Notes: a model not told the origin generated them from the sequence alone. Counted from the stretch's first letter, positions 26,116 to 36,171 are shown. The stretch is 64,000 bases of DNA from Candidatus Daviesbacteria bacterium (GCA_016186955.1 JACPKP010000003.1:258290-322289), one strand, 5' to 3'. Program-made: numbers and translations.

Positions 26116-27422
26116 AGAGGTCCCGTAACAACCATATGAAAGAAAACCCGTTTGAAAATGCTTTGGCACAACTTGCTGAGGCAGGCAAAGTAGCAAATAT
26201 TGACCCTGCTGTTTTAGAGATTTTATCAAAACCTGAGCGGGAAATATACTTTCATTTACCCCTTAAAAGAGACTCCGGAAAATTTGAGATATACGAAGCC
26301 TACCGGGTGGAATATAACAACTGGCTTGGCCCCTACAAGGGCGGTTTAAGATACCATCCTGATGTTGATATTGACGAGGTGAAGGCGTTAGCCTTGTGGA
26401 TGACGATTAAATGTGCTGATTCAGATCTTCCTTTTGGTGGTGGTAAAGGAGGCATCAAAGTTGACCCCAAAGCCTTATCGGCAGGGGAGTTGGAAAGGCT
26501 GACCAGGCTTTTTGGCCACGAACTTGCCCCAAACATTGGTCCCACCACAGATGTTCCGGCGCCTGATGTCAATACAGGTCCTAAACAGATGGATCAGATA
26601 GAAGAAGAATATGAAAAATATGTCCAAAGCCAAATCGATAAGCATAAATTTTCAAAGGATGAACTTAAAAGAGCGCCGGGGGTTATCACCGGTAAATCAA
26701 TCGGGCATGGGGGGTCTGAAGGCAGGGGTGTGGCAACTGCACTGGGTGGGTTTTATGTCCTGGAAGCGCTTGTTGAGAAATTGGGACTCAAAAAACCGTT
26801 GACTGTTGCTATCCAGGGGTTTGGGAACGCCGGGATGCATGAGGCTGAGTTCCTCTATGCAAACGGATATCAAGTAGTTGCGGTATCTGATTCAAAGGGG
26901 GGTATCTACGATAAAACGCATAAAGGGTTAAATATTGACTTGGTAAAAAAAGTAAAAGAGGAAAAAGGCAGCCTACAGGTAGGATATAATAAAGGACATA
27001 TCTCTAACGAGGAATTGCTGGGACTTAATGTCGATATCCTGGTTCCTGCTGCTCTGGAAGGTGTTATCACTAAGATGAATGCAGATAATATAAGGGCAAA
27101 AATTATCCTGGAATTGGCAAATGGTCCAACTACCCTGGAAGCAGATAAGATTTTAGGTAAAAAGGGTTGTATAATTGCACCGGATGTTTTGACTAATGCT
27201 GGTGGGGTAATAGTTTCATACTTTGAGTTTGTTCAGAATTTGGAAAATGAGCATTGGACAGAAGAAGAGGTTTATAAAAAACTTAAAACTAAAATGATTA
27301 AAGAGTTTAACACAATTTGGGATATAAGTCAGGAAATGAAAATAAATCTCCGTATGGCAGCTTATGTTTCAGCTTTAAGAAGACTTCAGGCTGCAGCCCC
27401 AATTTTTGCCAAAGCAGCCTAA
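26112..27422 (+). CDS. gdhA: glutamate dehydrogenase
   Basis: GPYKGGLRYHPDV, catalytic-lysine region FGGGKGGIKVDP, Rossmann GFGNAG. Confidence 0.9.
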   Translation: MKRSRNNHMKENPFENALAQLAEAGKVANIDPAVLEILSKPEREIYFHLPLKRDSGKFEIYEAYRVEYNNWLGPYKGGLRYHPDVDIDEVKALALWMTIKCADSDLPFGGGKGGIKVDPKALSAGELERLTRLFGHELAPNIGPTTDVPAPDVNTGPKQMDQIEEEYEKYVQSQIDKHKFSKDELKRAPGVITGKSIGHGGSEGRGVATALGGFYVLEALVEKLGLKKPLTVAIQGFGNAGMHEAEFLYANGYQVVAVSDSKGGIYDKTHKGLNIDLVKKVKEEKGSLQVGYNKGHISNEELLGLNVDILVPAALEGVITKMNADNIRAKIILELANGPTTLEADKILGKKGCIIAPDVLTNAGGVIVSYFEFVQNLENEHWTEEEVYKKLKTKMIKEFNTIWDISQEMKINLRMAAYVSALRRLQAAAPIFAKAA

Positions 27423-27463
27423 GAGTTGTTTTTATCAGCCAAATGCGCTAAATTATCCATAAC

Positions 27464-28738
27464 ATGCATACTATTGAAACTTTGGATAATGGGTTGACAG
27501 TGATCACAGAAAATAATCCCCATATTTTTTCTTTTGATACCCAGGTATGGGTTAGAGCTGGTTCAAGGTATGAAAATGAATCAAATAACGGAATTTCGCA
27601 TTTCCTTGAACACATGTTTTTTAAGGGGTCGGAACGCTTTCCTACACAAAGAATGATAGAACGGTTGGTTGAAAGAACCGGCGGCGCTTCAAATGCTGCC
27701 ACATCAAAGGAATGGGTATTTTACATGGTCAAGTCTCCATCAAGCCAAATAGAACTTGCCAGTGATATTCTCTCCTCAATGCTTAAAGAGCCTCTTTTTA
27801 GGGAAACAGATATAGAGATGGAAAAAGGTCCAGTTGTAAACGAACTAAAAGGAAACCAAGATAACCCTAGTAATTATATATGGATTTTGTACGATAAACT
27901 GCAATTTGGAAACCAACCTTTAGGTTGGAATATCGGAGGCGATGAAAAGCAAGTCCAATCTTTTACGCGCAGCGATATTGCAAAATATATGGATTCTTTA
28001 TACTCACCCGAAAATATGGTATTGGTTTATGCGGGCAATCTTCCTAAAAATATCCTTGAAATAGCCGGCAAATACTACGGAGAGTTTCCAAGAAGGTCAA
28101 GTTATAAATTCAATCCCTATAAAGCAAGGAAGCAAACTAAACCTAAAGTAAACATAAAACCTTTAAAGAGTGAAAAAGTTCAACTTATTTTAGGGGTTGA
28201 AGGTTATAACCGTTTTAGCCCCCGGATAAACAGTGTAAATATCTTAAGCAATATTCTGGGCGAGGGGGGTTCTTCCCGTTTATTCTACGAGATAAGGGAT
28301 AAAAGAGGCTTGGCTTATGGAGTTCATACCTCTCACTTTCAATATCATGATACCGGTTCGTTTGTAGCTGCAACCGCCGTCCAACCGGAAAATCTGCAAG
28401 AAACACTTGAGATTATTCTTGCGGAATTTAATAAGACCAAAAATGAGCAAATAACGCAGGAGGAACTTATAGATGCTAAGGAAATGATTAAAGGAGAAAA
28501 GGCGATATCAATGGAAAACAACCATTATTTAGCGTTATCTATGGGTAAAAGTTTTCTCTTAAAAGGGAAGATTAAGCCTTATGAAGAATTTTGCAAAGAG
28601 ATTGATGGGGTTAATGCAGAGGATGTGGCGGAAGCAGCAAACGATTTGTTTAAACCGGAAAAATACAACCTGCAATTGGTTGGTCCAATACGAAAAAAGC
28701 AAAAAGAGAAATTATACGAAGCCCTTGCTGCTGCTTGA
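27464..28738 (+). CDS. M16-family zinc peptidase, second paralog
   Basis: HFLEHMFFKGSERFPT; same length and architecture as 24841-26115. Confidence 0.85.
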   Translation: MHTIETLDNGLTVITENNPHIFSFDTQVWVRAGSRYENESNNGISHFLEHMFFKGSERFPTQRMIERLVERTGGASNAATSKEWVFYMVKSPSSQIELASDILSSMLKEPLFRETDIEMEKGPVVNELKGNQDNPSNYIWILYDKLQFGNQPLGWNIGGDEKQVQSFTRSDIAKYMDSLYSPENMVLVYAGNLPKNILEIAGKYYGEFPRRSSYKFNPYKARKQTKPKVNIKPLKSEKVQLILGVEGYNRFSPRINSVNILSNILGEGGSSRLFYEIRDKRGLAYGVHTSHFQYHDTGSFVAATAVQPENLQETLEIILAEFNKTKNEQITQEELIDAKEMIKGEKAISMENNHYLALSMGKSFLLKGKIKPYEEFCKEIDGVNAEDVAEAANDLFKPEKYNLQLVGPIRKKQKEKLYEALAAA

Positions 28739-28769
28739 TTAGTTACTTTTAAATACCTACACTTAAGTC

Positions 28770-29426
28770 ATGGAACTTTTTGTTTCTAAAATAGTCTCAC
28801 TAAAACGCGCCCTGGGTTTTAAAAAATTATTGGCTATCTTATTTACAGCATTCGCAACTTTAACTTTTTTTGCAAAGTTTAACCCTTATTTTTCTTTTGA
28901 CCTGCTTATTTCTCAAAATATACAGTATTTCAGAAATCCGCTTTTAGACTTTTTTATGGAGACAATTAGTATGTTGGGTAATAAATCCGTTGCTTTAGTC
29001 TCCCTGGTTTTTATTTCATCGCTTGTATATTTATTGAAAAAAAGAAAAGAAGCAATTTTTATTTTCATCTCAGATTTTGGTATATATGCAGCAGGTGAAT
29101 TTATTAAATTTATTGTAGCCCGCCCAAGGCCTGACCCTAATTTGGTGATACAGATGGTTACCCAAACCAAACCTGATAGTTTTCCTTCAGGGCATGTGCT
29201 GCATTTTATGGGATTTTATGGTTTTTTACTATTTTTAATCATCATAAAATTTCAAAAAAGCACAACACAAAAAATTTTGGCATGGTTTTTAACACTGCTT
29301 ATTGTATTAATAGGTATATCTAGAATCTATTTGGGAGCCCATTGGTTTTCAGATGTTTTGGGCTCATACCTTTTGGGGACTTTTTGGTTGCTTCTTATGA
29401 CCCATATATACTATAAAATTTCATGA
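28770..29426 (+). CDS. PAP2-family membrane phosphatase
   Basis: KFIVARPRP, PSGH, SRIYLGAHWFSD acid phosphatase motifs. Confidence 0.8.
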   Translation: MELFVSKIVSLKRALGFKKLLAILFTAFATLTFFAKFNPYFSFDLLISQNIQYFRNPLLDFFMETISMLGNKSVALVSLVFISSLVYLLKKRKEAIFIFISDFGIYAAGEFIKFIVARPRPDPNLVIQMVTQTKPDSFPSGHVLHFMGFYGFLLFLIIIKFQKSTTQKILAWFLTLLIVLIGISRIYLGAHWFSDVLGSYLLGTFWLLLMTHIYYKIS

Positions 29427-29476
29427 GAATTTTGCAGTATTGACAACGTTATCCGGAATTTGGTAATTTAACTATA

Positions 29477-30025
29477 ATGTCAAATTTATCAGACCAGTTG
29501 AAAAATGCTCTGTCTTCAGTAATTTCCGGGACAGGTGATGTAGTTGCAACTACGAGGGATGTTGCCAAAGAAAATGCAATTGGGGTCTTACATGCAGGAG
29601 GTGACATGGCTATGGCAACAGGAGATCTGGTAACCGATGGAGTTAAGGTTGTTTCGGAGGTAGGCGTTTCTGTGACAGAAGGGGTAGTGGGTTTGGTGAC
29701 TGGTGTCATTGAGGGCGCTAAAGAAGTAGGTGCAGATTTAGGGGGTATTACCCTAAGTGCTACCCATGGAGCGATTAAGGGCGCTTCTGAAGTAGGTGCG
29801 GATTTGGGGGAGACTGCAGTTTCCGCTGTGGATGGGTCTATTAAAGCGGCGGATGCGGTAGGAGCTGATGTAGGGGAGCTCGCCAAACATGCAGTGATGG
29901 GAGCCTTAAAAGCCTCAGACGAAATAGGATCAGAAGCAGGTGATTTAGTGCGTAAAGCGCTACTTAATGCCGCAGCGCTTCCGCATGATGTCATTGACGC
30001 CCTTCTGACCGGTAAAACAGATTAA
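29477..30025 (+). CDS. G/A/V-rich internally repetitive hypothetical protein (182 aa)
   Basis: ~25-aa repeats (GAKEVGADLGG.../GASEVGADLGE.../AADAVGADVGE...); locally GC-richer; antisense ORF 29449-29994 considered artefact. Confidence 0.4.
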   Translation: MSNLSDQLKNALSSVISGTGDVVATTRDVAKENAIGVLHAGGDMAMATGDLVTDGVKVVSEVGVSVTEGVVGLVTGVIEGAKEVGADLGGITLSATHGAIKGASEVGADLGETAVSAVDGSIKAADAVGADVGELAKHAVMGALKASDEIGSEAGDLVRKALLNAAALPHDVIDALLTGKTD

Positions 30026-30067
30026 AATCCCCCTAAACTTCCGGTATTATGATATAATTTCCAACCG

Positions 30068-30991
30068 ATGACGGAATTTAAAGGTATACAGGGTTTTGAT
30101 ATCTCTACCAGCGCGTATATTTTCAACCCGGAAAAACTTTTTAAGTTAACGGACAGACTTAATCAGGGAAAGGGTGAAAGTGAGTGGGTGGGGATAGAGC
30201 TATATCCGGTACAAGAGCGGAAAGTTTTAGGACGTTTTTCTCTTCCGCCAGTATCGGTTGACACTGTTCATCAGTGGCAATACAAATACAACCAGACTAA
30301 AGTTTCCAGAGTCCATCTGGAATTCGCTTATGATGAACATGAGAGGAAATTCATGATAGAAAAAGGCGATTTTCACAGGTCAAGGATAAGCCCAATCCAG
30401 CACAAAATTTTGTATCATTACATCAGGCAAGCAACTTCAGGATATGGTATAGATTTGGCAAGCGCGCTGGGGGTTGGTGCAAATATGCATACCAATGTTG
30501 CACTGGGCCTTATAAAAACCGGCCAGTTGGGTACTGTCAGAGAGCGGGTAAAAGATCTTATTGTAGAAAACAGCATCAATTATAACAGTCCTGTAGAGCA
30601 GGGGCCAATTTTGTATGACCCGGAGGCCATCATAGATGGAATTGTGGAAAAACACGGGTTTAAAAAATTCCTTTTGGGAGTTGACCACCTGATTGATTAC
30701 TTCGACAAACAGGGTATTGACCCGATGGATGTTATAAAAAATGAAAAAGTCAGGCATTATACTGTGGCTTTGCATATAGCAAACCCGGGCCACGGACCTA
30801 TCAAAATAGGGGATCCTTGTTACCAGAAATTTTTTGAAACAGTGGCAGGGTTGCAATTTGAATATCCGCTGAGGGTGGTGTTTGATTACAGCCCGGTAGC
30901 GCTTTTGAGATACCCCTTGTTTTTGCAACAGGTTAGGCTTTTTGAAAAAACAATCAAATGGATTCAGGGGATCAAAGATAGCGCCCGTTGA
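30068..30991 (+). CDS. hypothetical protein (307 aa)
   Basis: ORF only. Confidence 0.45.
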   Translation: MTEFKGIQGFDISTSAYIFNPEKLFKLTDRLNQGKGESEWVGIELYPVQERKVLGRFSLPPVSVDTVHQWQYKYNQTKVSRVHLEFAYDEHERKFMIEKGDFHRSRISPIQHKILYHYIRQATSGYGIDLASALGVGANMHTNVALGLIKTGQLGTVRERVKDLIVENSINYNSPVEQGPILYDPEAIIDGIVEKHGFKKFLLGVDHLIDYFDKQGIDPMDVIKNEKVRHYTVALHIANPGHGPIKIGDPCYQKFFETVAGLQFEYPLRVVFDYSPVALLRYPLFLQQVRLFEKTIKWIQGIKDSAR

Positions 30992-31446
30992 TGGGAAAAG
31001 TAGACAGGTCCAAGTTTAAAAATTTACCATACATTAAAAAAGTTCCCAAGCCCTGGGGTTTCGAACTGCATTTTACCCCCGGCAACCTTCCTTATATGGG
31101 AAAGATTTTACACATTGTAAAAGGTAAAAGGCTTTCTTTGCAACTTCATGATAAAAAAATGGAAAGCTGGTTTCTTTTAAAAGGAAAAGCAGTGATGATC
31201 ATTGAAAATAACACCGGTGAGATGAAAAATGTTGAGATGAAAATGGGTTTTGGCTACACCACTCATATTGGGCAAAAACATCGCTTAATGGGGACTTCAA
31301 CCTGTGACATTTTGGAAGTTTCAACCCCTGAAATTGGCAACACTTACCGGTTGGAAGATGATTATGCCAGGGGGACTGAAACAGATGAGAGTAGGAAGGA
31401 TCCGCACAGAGGATGGAATAATTTAAAAGTAAAAAGTAAAAAGTAA
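30988..31446 (+). CDS. cupin-domain protein (mannose-6-phosphate isomerase type II C-terminal-like)
   Basis: KPWGFE...SLQLHDKKMESWF cupin motif pair. Confidence 0.55.
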   Translation: MMGKVDRSKFKNLPYIKKVPKPWGFELHFTPGNLPYMGKILHIVKGKRLSLQLHDKKMESWFLLKGKAVMIIENNTGEMKNVEMKMGFGYTTHIGQKHRLMGTSTCDILEVSTPEIGNTYRLEDDYARGTETDESRKDPHRGWNNLKVKSKK

Positions 31447-31470
31447 AAAGTAAAAAGTAAAAAGTAAAAA
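31425..31470. repeat. heptanucleotide microsatellite (AAAAAGT)x~6 overlapping the cupin stop codon
   Basis: aaaagtaaaaagtaaaaagtaaaaagtaaaaagtaaaaaa; encodes C-terminal KVKSKK. Confidence 0.85.
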
Positions 31471-31472
31471 AT

Positions 31473-32291
31473 TTAATTCAGGTTCTGTTTCAGGTATTCC
31501 AGCGCTCCATAAAGGCCTGCGTCATCCCCTAGTTTGGATATTGTAAGTGGAGGAATAGCGGTTTTAATTTTCAGTAAATTTTTAAGATTATGTTTTACTT
31601 GCTCAAGAGAAATCTTATTCATTAAAGCGCCTCCTAAAACAACAACATCCGGTGACCATTCCACAATAATATTATTTAGTGCTATGGCCAAATATTTTGC
31701 CTCATCATCCCAAGCTTTTGAATTTTCAATATCAGGTGGTTTCCTGCCGTATTTTTTTTCCAGGGCTGTCCCGGACATAAGGTTTTCCAATTTCATTATT
31801 TTTCCGTCTAAACTAATAACCTGTTGTCCGGGTTCAAAGCCTAAAGAATGGGCATCGATCTTTCCGTTTACTATTTTTACTCCGCCAATACCTGTTGAAA
31901 CGGTTAGAAAAGCCACTATTTTATATCCATGTCCTGCACCAAAAATTGCCTCACCCAAACCGGCCAGTGCAGCATCATTTTCCAAAAATATTTTATTGCA
32001 TATTTTATTTTGCAGCGTATTTTTGAGAGGTTTATTAACCCAATCTTGTAAATTGGGCGCCCCAATAAGTTTTGTACGGTTTTTGCCAAGCAGTCCTGCT
32101 ATTCCTGCAACGCAGGCCTTTGGTTTTTTACCCTCGCTTAATTTCAAGGATTTATTATGGATCAATTGCATGCTTTCTGAAAATTTCTTTAGAGTCTTGT
32201 ATTTTTCTTTTTTGAGGATAGTTTTACCATCGGATAGTGCAATCCTGGTATGTGTCCCGCCGATATCAAACAGCAAATACATAGCCTTCAT
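31473..32291 (-). CDS. ROK-family sugar kinase (glucokinase-like)
   Basis: LLFDIGGTHTRIAL N-terminal ATP site, ROK glycine-rich core. Confidence 0.75.
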   Translation of the reverse strand: MKAMYLLFDIGGTHTRIALSDGKTILKKEKYKTLKKFSESMQLIHNKSLKLSEGKKPKACVAGIAGLLGKNRTKLIGAPNLQDWVNKPLKNTLQNKICNKIFLENDAALAGLGEAIFGAGHGYKIVAFLTVSTGIGGVKIVNGKIDAHSLGFEPGQQVISLDGKIMKLENLMSGTALEKKYGRKPPDIENSKAWDDEAKYLAIALNNIIVEWSPDVVVLGGALMNKISLEQVKHNLKNLLKIKTAIPPLTISKLGDDAGLYGALEYLKQNLN

Positions 32292-33885
32292 TTCCTTGTA
32301 GTATCAGTTTATTTAAATCTACTATTTTTTCATGCTTGGTATCAAGGTATGAGTTTATAAGCATTTTTCCTTTAGCAAAGTTTTTAAAATTAATTGTTTG
32401 TTTTTTTGCCGAAAAATTTAACACGACTAGTAATTTTCCCGTTTCTCCTGCCCTGATATAAGCAAATATATCAGTTGAAACAGGCAAAGAATAGTACTTT
32501 CCTTCCTGTAAAACTTCAGAATTATTTCTTAAATGTATAAGCTTTTTGTATAAACTCAGAATTGATTTTTTATCTTTTAACTCTGAAGAGACATTAAATT
32601 TTTTAAAATCCCCAGATACAGGCAGCCATGGGGTAACTTTTGAAAAGCCTGCATGAGGTTTGTTATCCCATTGCATTGGTGTGCGTTCCGGATCCCGTCC
32701 CAACCCTTTGCCGGGGATATTTTTTTCAAAAGGATCGAAAACCATTTTTTTGGGGATAGTGACGTCTTTCATACCGATCTCATCCCCGTAATAGATAAAT
32801 GGAACTCCCCTTAGTGTGAGAAGCATTATTGCTGCCACTCTGGCTTGCAGGGTACCTATCCTTGTTGCAATCCTGGAGCGGTCATGGTTTCCTAAAACAT
32901 AATTGGGTAGTTCGCCGTTGCAAAGGGTTGCATCATATTCATCTATAAAGGTTTTATAAGCAGAAGCCTTCCATGGTAAACTGATCAACTGTAAGTTAAA
33001 AGGACAAAAAGCGATACAACCCTGCTTTTTTTTGGGTAGTTTTTTAGAGCAAGCTTGGTAAAATTTCATTAGCTGATATATCTCACCATAAACTTCAGTC
33101 ACAACAAATTTGTCTTTGTATTTGTTGATAAAATGGCAAAGATTTGCTGTTTCTTCAAACATCTCCGGCTGCCATTTTATATATAATGGTGTAAATTCAT
33201 CAAACGGGTCGTCTTTTCCGGGTTTAAATGAAGGGTTTTTAGGATTATTCCGTAACAGCTTGTCTTTATAAAGATGATGGATCGCGTCTACCCTGAAACC
33301 GTCTACTCCTAAGTCCAGCCAGAATTTCAGGACCTGAAACATTAATTTCCTGACAACCGGGTTCCGCCAGTTTAAGTCAGGCTGTTCTTTTAAAAACGAG
33401 TGCAGGTAATATTCCCCGGTTTGTTTGTCCCATTCCCAGGCAGAACCGCCAAAAACTGAAAGCCAATTGTTTGGAGGATGCCCATTTTTCTTTGGTTCAT
33501 GCCAAATATAATAATCCCGCCAGGGACTATCTTTAGAAGCGCTCGATTTTAAAAATAAAGGATGTTTGTCTGAGGTATGGTTTGGGACAAAATCCATAAT
33601 TATTTTAATATTCTTTTGGTGGGCTTTGCCAATCAGTAGCTTAAAATCCTCAAGGTTGCCAAAAATTGAATCAATTACGTAGTAATCTGAAATATCATAA
33701 CCGAAATCAACCATCGGTGATTTATAGACCGGGGAAAGCCAGATTCCGCCAACCCCTAAATCTTTAAGGTAATCCAGTTTTTCGATGATGCCGTTTAGGT
33801 CGCCAATGCCGTCACTGTTGGAATCCTTAAAGGACCTGGGATAGATGTGATAAAAAACTACAGAATTAATCCAAGAGTTTTGCAT
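32266..33885 (-). CDS. GH13 alpha-glucosidase / oligo-1,6-glucosidase-like
   Basis: YHIYPRSF, GGIWLSP, DFVPNHTS, GFRVDAI catalytic regions of GH13. Confidence 0.85.
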   Translation of the reverse strand: MQNSWINSVVFYHIYPRSFKDSNSDGIGDLNGIIEKLDYLKDLGVGGIWLSPVYKSPMVDFGYDISDYYVIDSIFGNLEDFKLLIGKAHQKNIKIIMDFVPNHTSDKHPLFLKSSASKDSPWRDYYIWHEPKKNGHPPNNWLSVFGGSAWEWDKQTGEYYLHSFLKEQPDLNWRNPVVRKLMFQVLKFWLDLGVDGFRVDAIHHLYKDKLLRNNPKNPSFKPGKDDPFDEFTPLYIKWQPEMFEETANLCHFINKYKDKFVVTEVYGEIYQLMKFYQACSKKLPKKKQGCIAFCPFNLQLISLPWKASAYKTFIDEYDATLCNGELPNYVLGNHDRSRIATRIGTLQARVAAIMLLTLRGVPFIYYGDEIGMKDVTIPKKMVFDPFEKNIPGKGLGRDPERTPMQWDNKPHAGFSKVTPWLPVSGDFKKFNVSSELKDKKSILSLYKKLIHLRNNSEVLQEGKYYSLPVSTDIFAYIRAGETGKLLVVLNFSAKKQTINFKNFAKGKMLINSYLDTKHEKIVDLNKLILQGNEGYVFAV

Positions 33886-33968
33886 GAATTTAATTTAAAA
33901 TTACAACTTATACAGATTTCAATCAAGAAGCAGTAATACCGAGCAAAATTTTGTGTTAGAATATCTAT

Positions 33969-34553
33969 ATGAAAGTTGGTTCCATCAGAAAATTAGAGGA
34001 GTTAAAGTCAGTACTTAAAGACACTCATGCAATCGGGCCGGATCCTGTTTACTGGGTTTTTAGTGAATTATCAGACTTGAATTGGGCCAATATGACTGTT
34101 ATTGCCCCAGGCAGCTACAGCGGTGAATACCCTAAAACATTTGGCCATTACCATCCTGAAGATGCCGCAGATGAAACATATCATTTGGTAGAGGGTGAAG
34201 GTGTTTTGATGATTCAAAAAAAACACACCGAAAACGGGGTTTGGGTCCCTGATATGGTTGACGAGGTATATTTAATCAAGGCCAAGCCGGGGGATGAGAT
34301 AATTATTAAACCTCAGTGGGGTCATGCATGGTCAAATACAGGAAAAGGGCCATTCGTCTCGTATGATAATTGGAGGAGCGGGCATACGAAAGCTGATTAT
34401 GAGGCTATAGAGAAGCTTCAGGGTTTGGCCTATTATCTGGTGGAGGAAAATGGTGAGCCAAAACCCGTTCCCAACCCAAACTATAAAAATTTACCCGAGG
34501 TTGTTTGGATAACAGAAGAGCAGTTCCAAGGAGGTGTTTTTTATAAGCATTAA
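33969..34553 (+). CDS. cupin-type glucose-6-phosphate isomerase (cPGI)
   Basis: TFGHYHP...ETYHLVEGEG and QWGHAW metal-binding cupin motifs characteristic of archaeal-type cPGI. Confidence 0.55.
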   Translation: MKVGSIRKLEELKSVLKDTHAIGPDPVYWVFSELSDLNWANMTVIAPGSYSGEYPKTFGHYHPEDAADETYHLVEGEGVLMIQKKHTENGVWVPDMVDEVYLIKAKPGDEIIIKPQWGHAWSNTGKGPFVSYDNWRSGHTKADYEAIEKLQGLAYYLVEENGEPKPVPNPNYKNLPEVVWITEEQFQGGVFYKH

Positions 34554-34791
34554 AATTTACACAACCACTACCTGCCCTTATTGTAAACTGGAAAAAGAAT
34601 ACCTTGACTTAAAAGGTATCAAATATGAAAATATCTTTGTAGACCAAAATCCAAAAGCTGCAGAGGAGATGGTCAATATCTCAGGCCAAATGGGTGTGCC
34701 GTTTACAGTTATCACCGATGATGCCGGTAAACAGATTACTATTTTGGGTTTTGATAAGGAAAAAGTGAACCAGGCCTTAAATATACCTTAA
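34534..34791 (+). CDS. glutaredoxin-like protein
   Basis: CPYC active site, IKIYTTTTCPYC...GVPFTVI. Confidence 0.7.
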   Translation: MFFISIKIYTTTTCPYCKLEKEYLDLKGIKYENIFVDQNPKAAEEMVNISGQMGVPFTVITDDAGKQITILGFDKEKVNQALNIP

Positions 34792-34810
34792 AAGTTTTCC
34801 GGTTTTTAAT

Positions 34811-35245
34811 TTATGGCTTGGTTTTAACCAGCTGAAAATAGTTCCCGTCGATGTCCTCAAAAGTTGCAATATATCCGTAATTTTCTATATGATATATATC
34901 CTGGATTTTTTTAACACCCGCGTCTTCCAGTTTCTTGACTGCCTCCTCAATATTACCGCTGACTTCTAAATTAAACATGAACCTTTCAGGTTCCTGACTG
35001 GATCCTTTTACCTTTGAATGGTTCATCATATAAAGTCCGGGCCCTCCACCAAAATCAAAGCCATAAAGTGATGTGTTTTCCTCTCCCATCTCAGCTTCTA
35101 GGGTTAATTTCAGACCAACCTTTTCTTTGTAGAAATCAGCCAATTTTTTTGCATCTTCGCTGAATAAGATAATACTTTCTATTCCTTGAAACATTTTGTT
35201 TTCACCCCCTTTTTGGCGATCTTTTAAAGATACAGTAAAAGGCAA
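34811..35245 (-). CDS. VOC/glyoxalase-family protein
   Basis: glyoxalase-like beta-alpha-beta modules; likely true start MFQGIE at ~35194. Confidence 0.55.
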   Translation of the reverse strand: MPFTVSLKDRQKGGENKMFQGIESIILFSEDAKKLADFYKEKVGLKLTLEAEMGEENTSLYGFDFGGGPGLYMMNHSKVKGSSQEPERFMFNLEVSGNIEEAVKKLEDAGVKKIQDIYHIENYGYIATFEDIDGNYFQLVKTKP

Positions 35246-35274
35246 ATAAAAGCAAGGAAGAGGTCTGCAAGAAT

Positions 35275-36078
35275 TTAGACGGAGATATTTTGGTAATAGC
35301 CCCGCAAGTTTTCAGGCAGCAGATTGGCGATTTTAATGCCGACTGCATCTGCAATAGTTTGGTTGTCCAACAGACAATCAGTCCTTCCAAAAACTACAGG
35401 TTCGCCTATATTAACCCTATAAATGTTTTCTCTTTTGTCAAACCAGGCGCCTACTGGAATGATTGGTATATTACGTTTTCCGGCAATCAGAAAAAGGCTT
35501 CCTGCTTTTTGGTCCATTTCATTTAGTTCAAGGTCTGGTTTGGCGGAGGGAAATATTCCCAAAACATCACCGTTTCGTAATGTTTCAATAATCTCCCTGG
35601 TTTGAAAAGTAGTAATCCCATCGAAGACTTTAGCAAAATTAGACATAATACCTTTGCTAAGGTTGGTAAATTTATGGCCGTTCATTATAAACCTGAACTT
35701 GGTATCTCCTTTTGGGTCAATAATATTAGCAATTGCCTCAACCATCACCGGCGCTTGCCAAAGCCCCTGTAACCGTCCGCGGTTGTAATGGTTCGCCGCA
35801 ATTACAAACGGAGGATTGGTTAGGTTATCTTTTCCCTCTAAACAGGTAGGAAATTCACTAAAGGTTTTCCACCTCTCTTTTATAAGCGGTTTGGATTTTG
35901 GCAAGCCTTCCTCTACTGCCTTGATTACCGCCTTAAACTCCCTGCGGGATTTCTCATCCGCTATCCTGAATTCTGCCGGGTTAATCCAACCTTTTTTCAG
36001 ATTACCAAATTCCAGCAAAGTCATATAAGAGCGGAAAAGCACTTTTTCAAATTTTGTTAAAGGGGTATTTTCTATCAC
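35275..36078 (-). CDS. hypothetical protein, weak lysophospholipid acyltransferase-like
   Basis: degenerate motifs AANHYNR, IFPSAKP, IPIIPVG. Confidence 0.3.
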   Translation of the reverse strand: MIENTPLTKFEKVLFRSYMTLLEFGNLKKGWINPAEFRIADEKSRREFKAVIKAVEEGLPKSKPLIKERWKTFSEFPTCLEGKDNLTNPPFVIAANHYNRGRLQGLWQAPVMVEAIANIIDPKGDTKFRFIMNGHKFTNLSKGIMSNFAKVFDGITTFQTREIIETLRNGDVLGIFPSAKPDLELNEMDQKAGSLFLIAGKRNIPIIPVGAWFDKRENIYRVNIGEPVVFGRTDCLLDNQTIADAVGIKIANLLPENLRGYYQNISV

Positions 36079-36171
36079 TTAAGAATTTTACAACATTTTC
36101 CCTCAGGAGGCCACCTGAAACTTGACTATTGTAATTAGATGGTTCATATTTAAATAAGTAAGGTTTCTGAT

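Noticed and set aside
29449-29994. 181-aa A/S/T/P-rich minus-strand ORF opposite the repeat protein
   Set aside because: Open frame is a consequence of GC-rich repetitive DNA; the plus-strand product has periodic amphipathic repeats and a plausible start.
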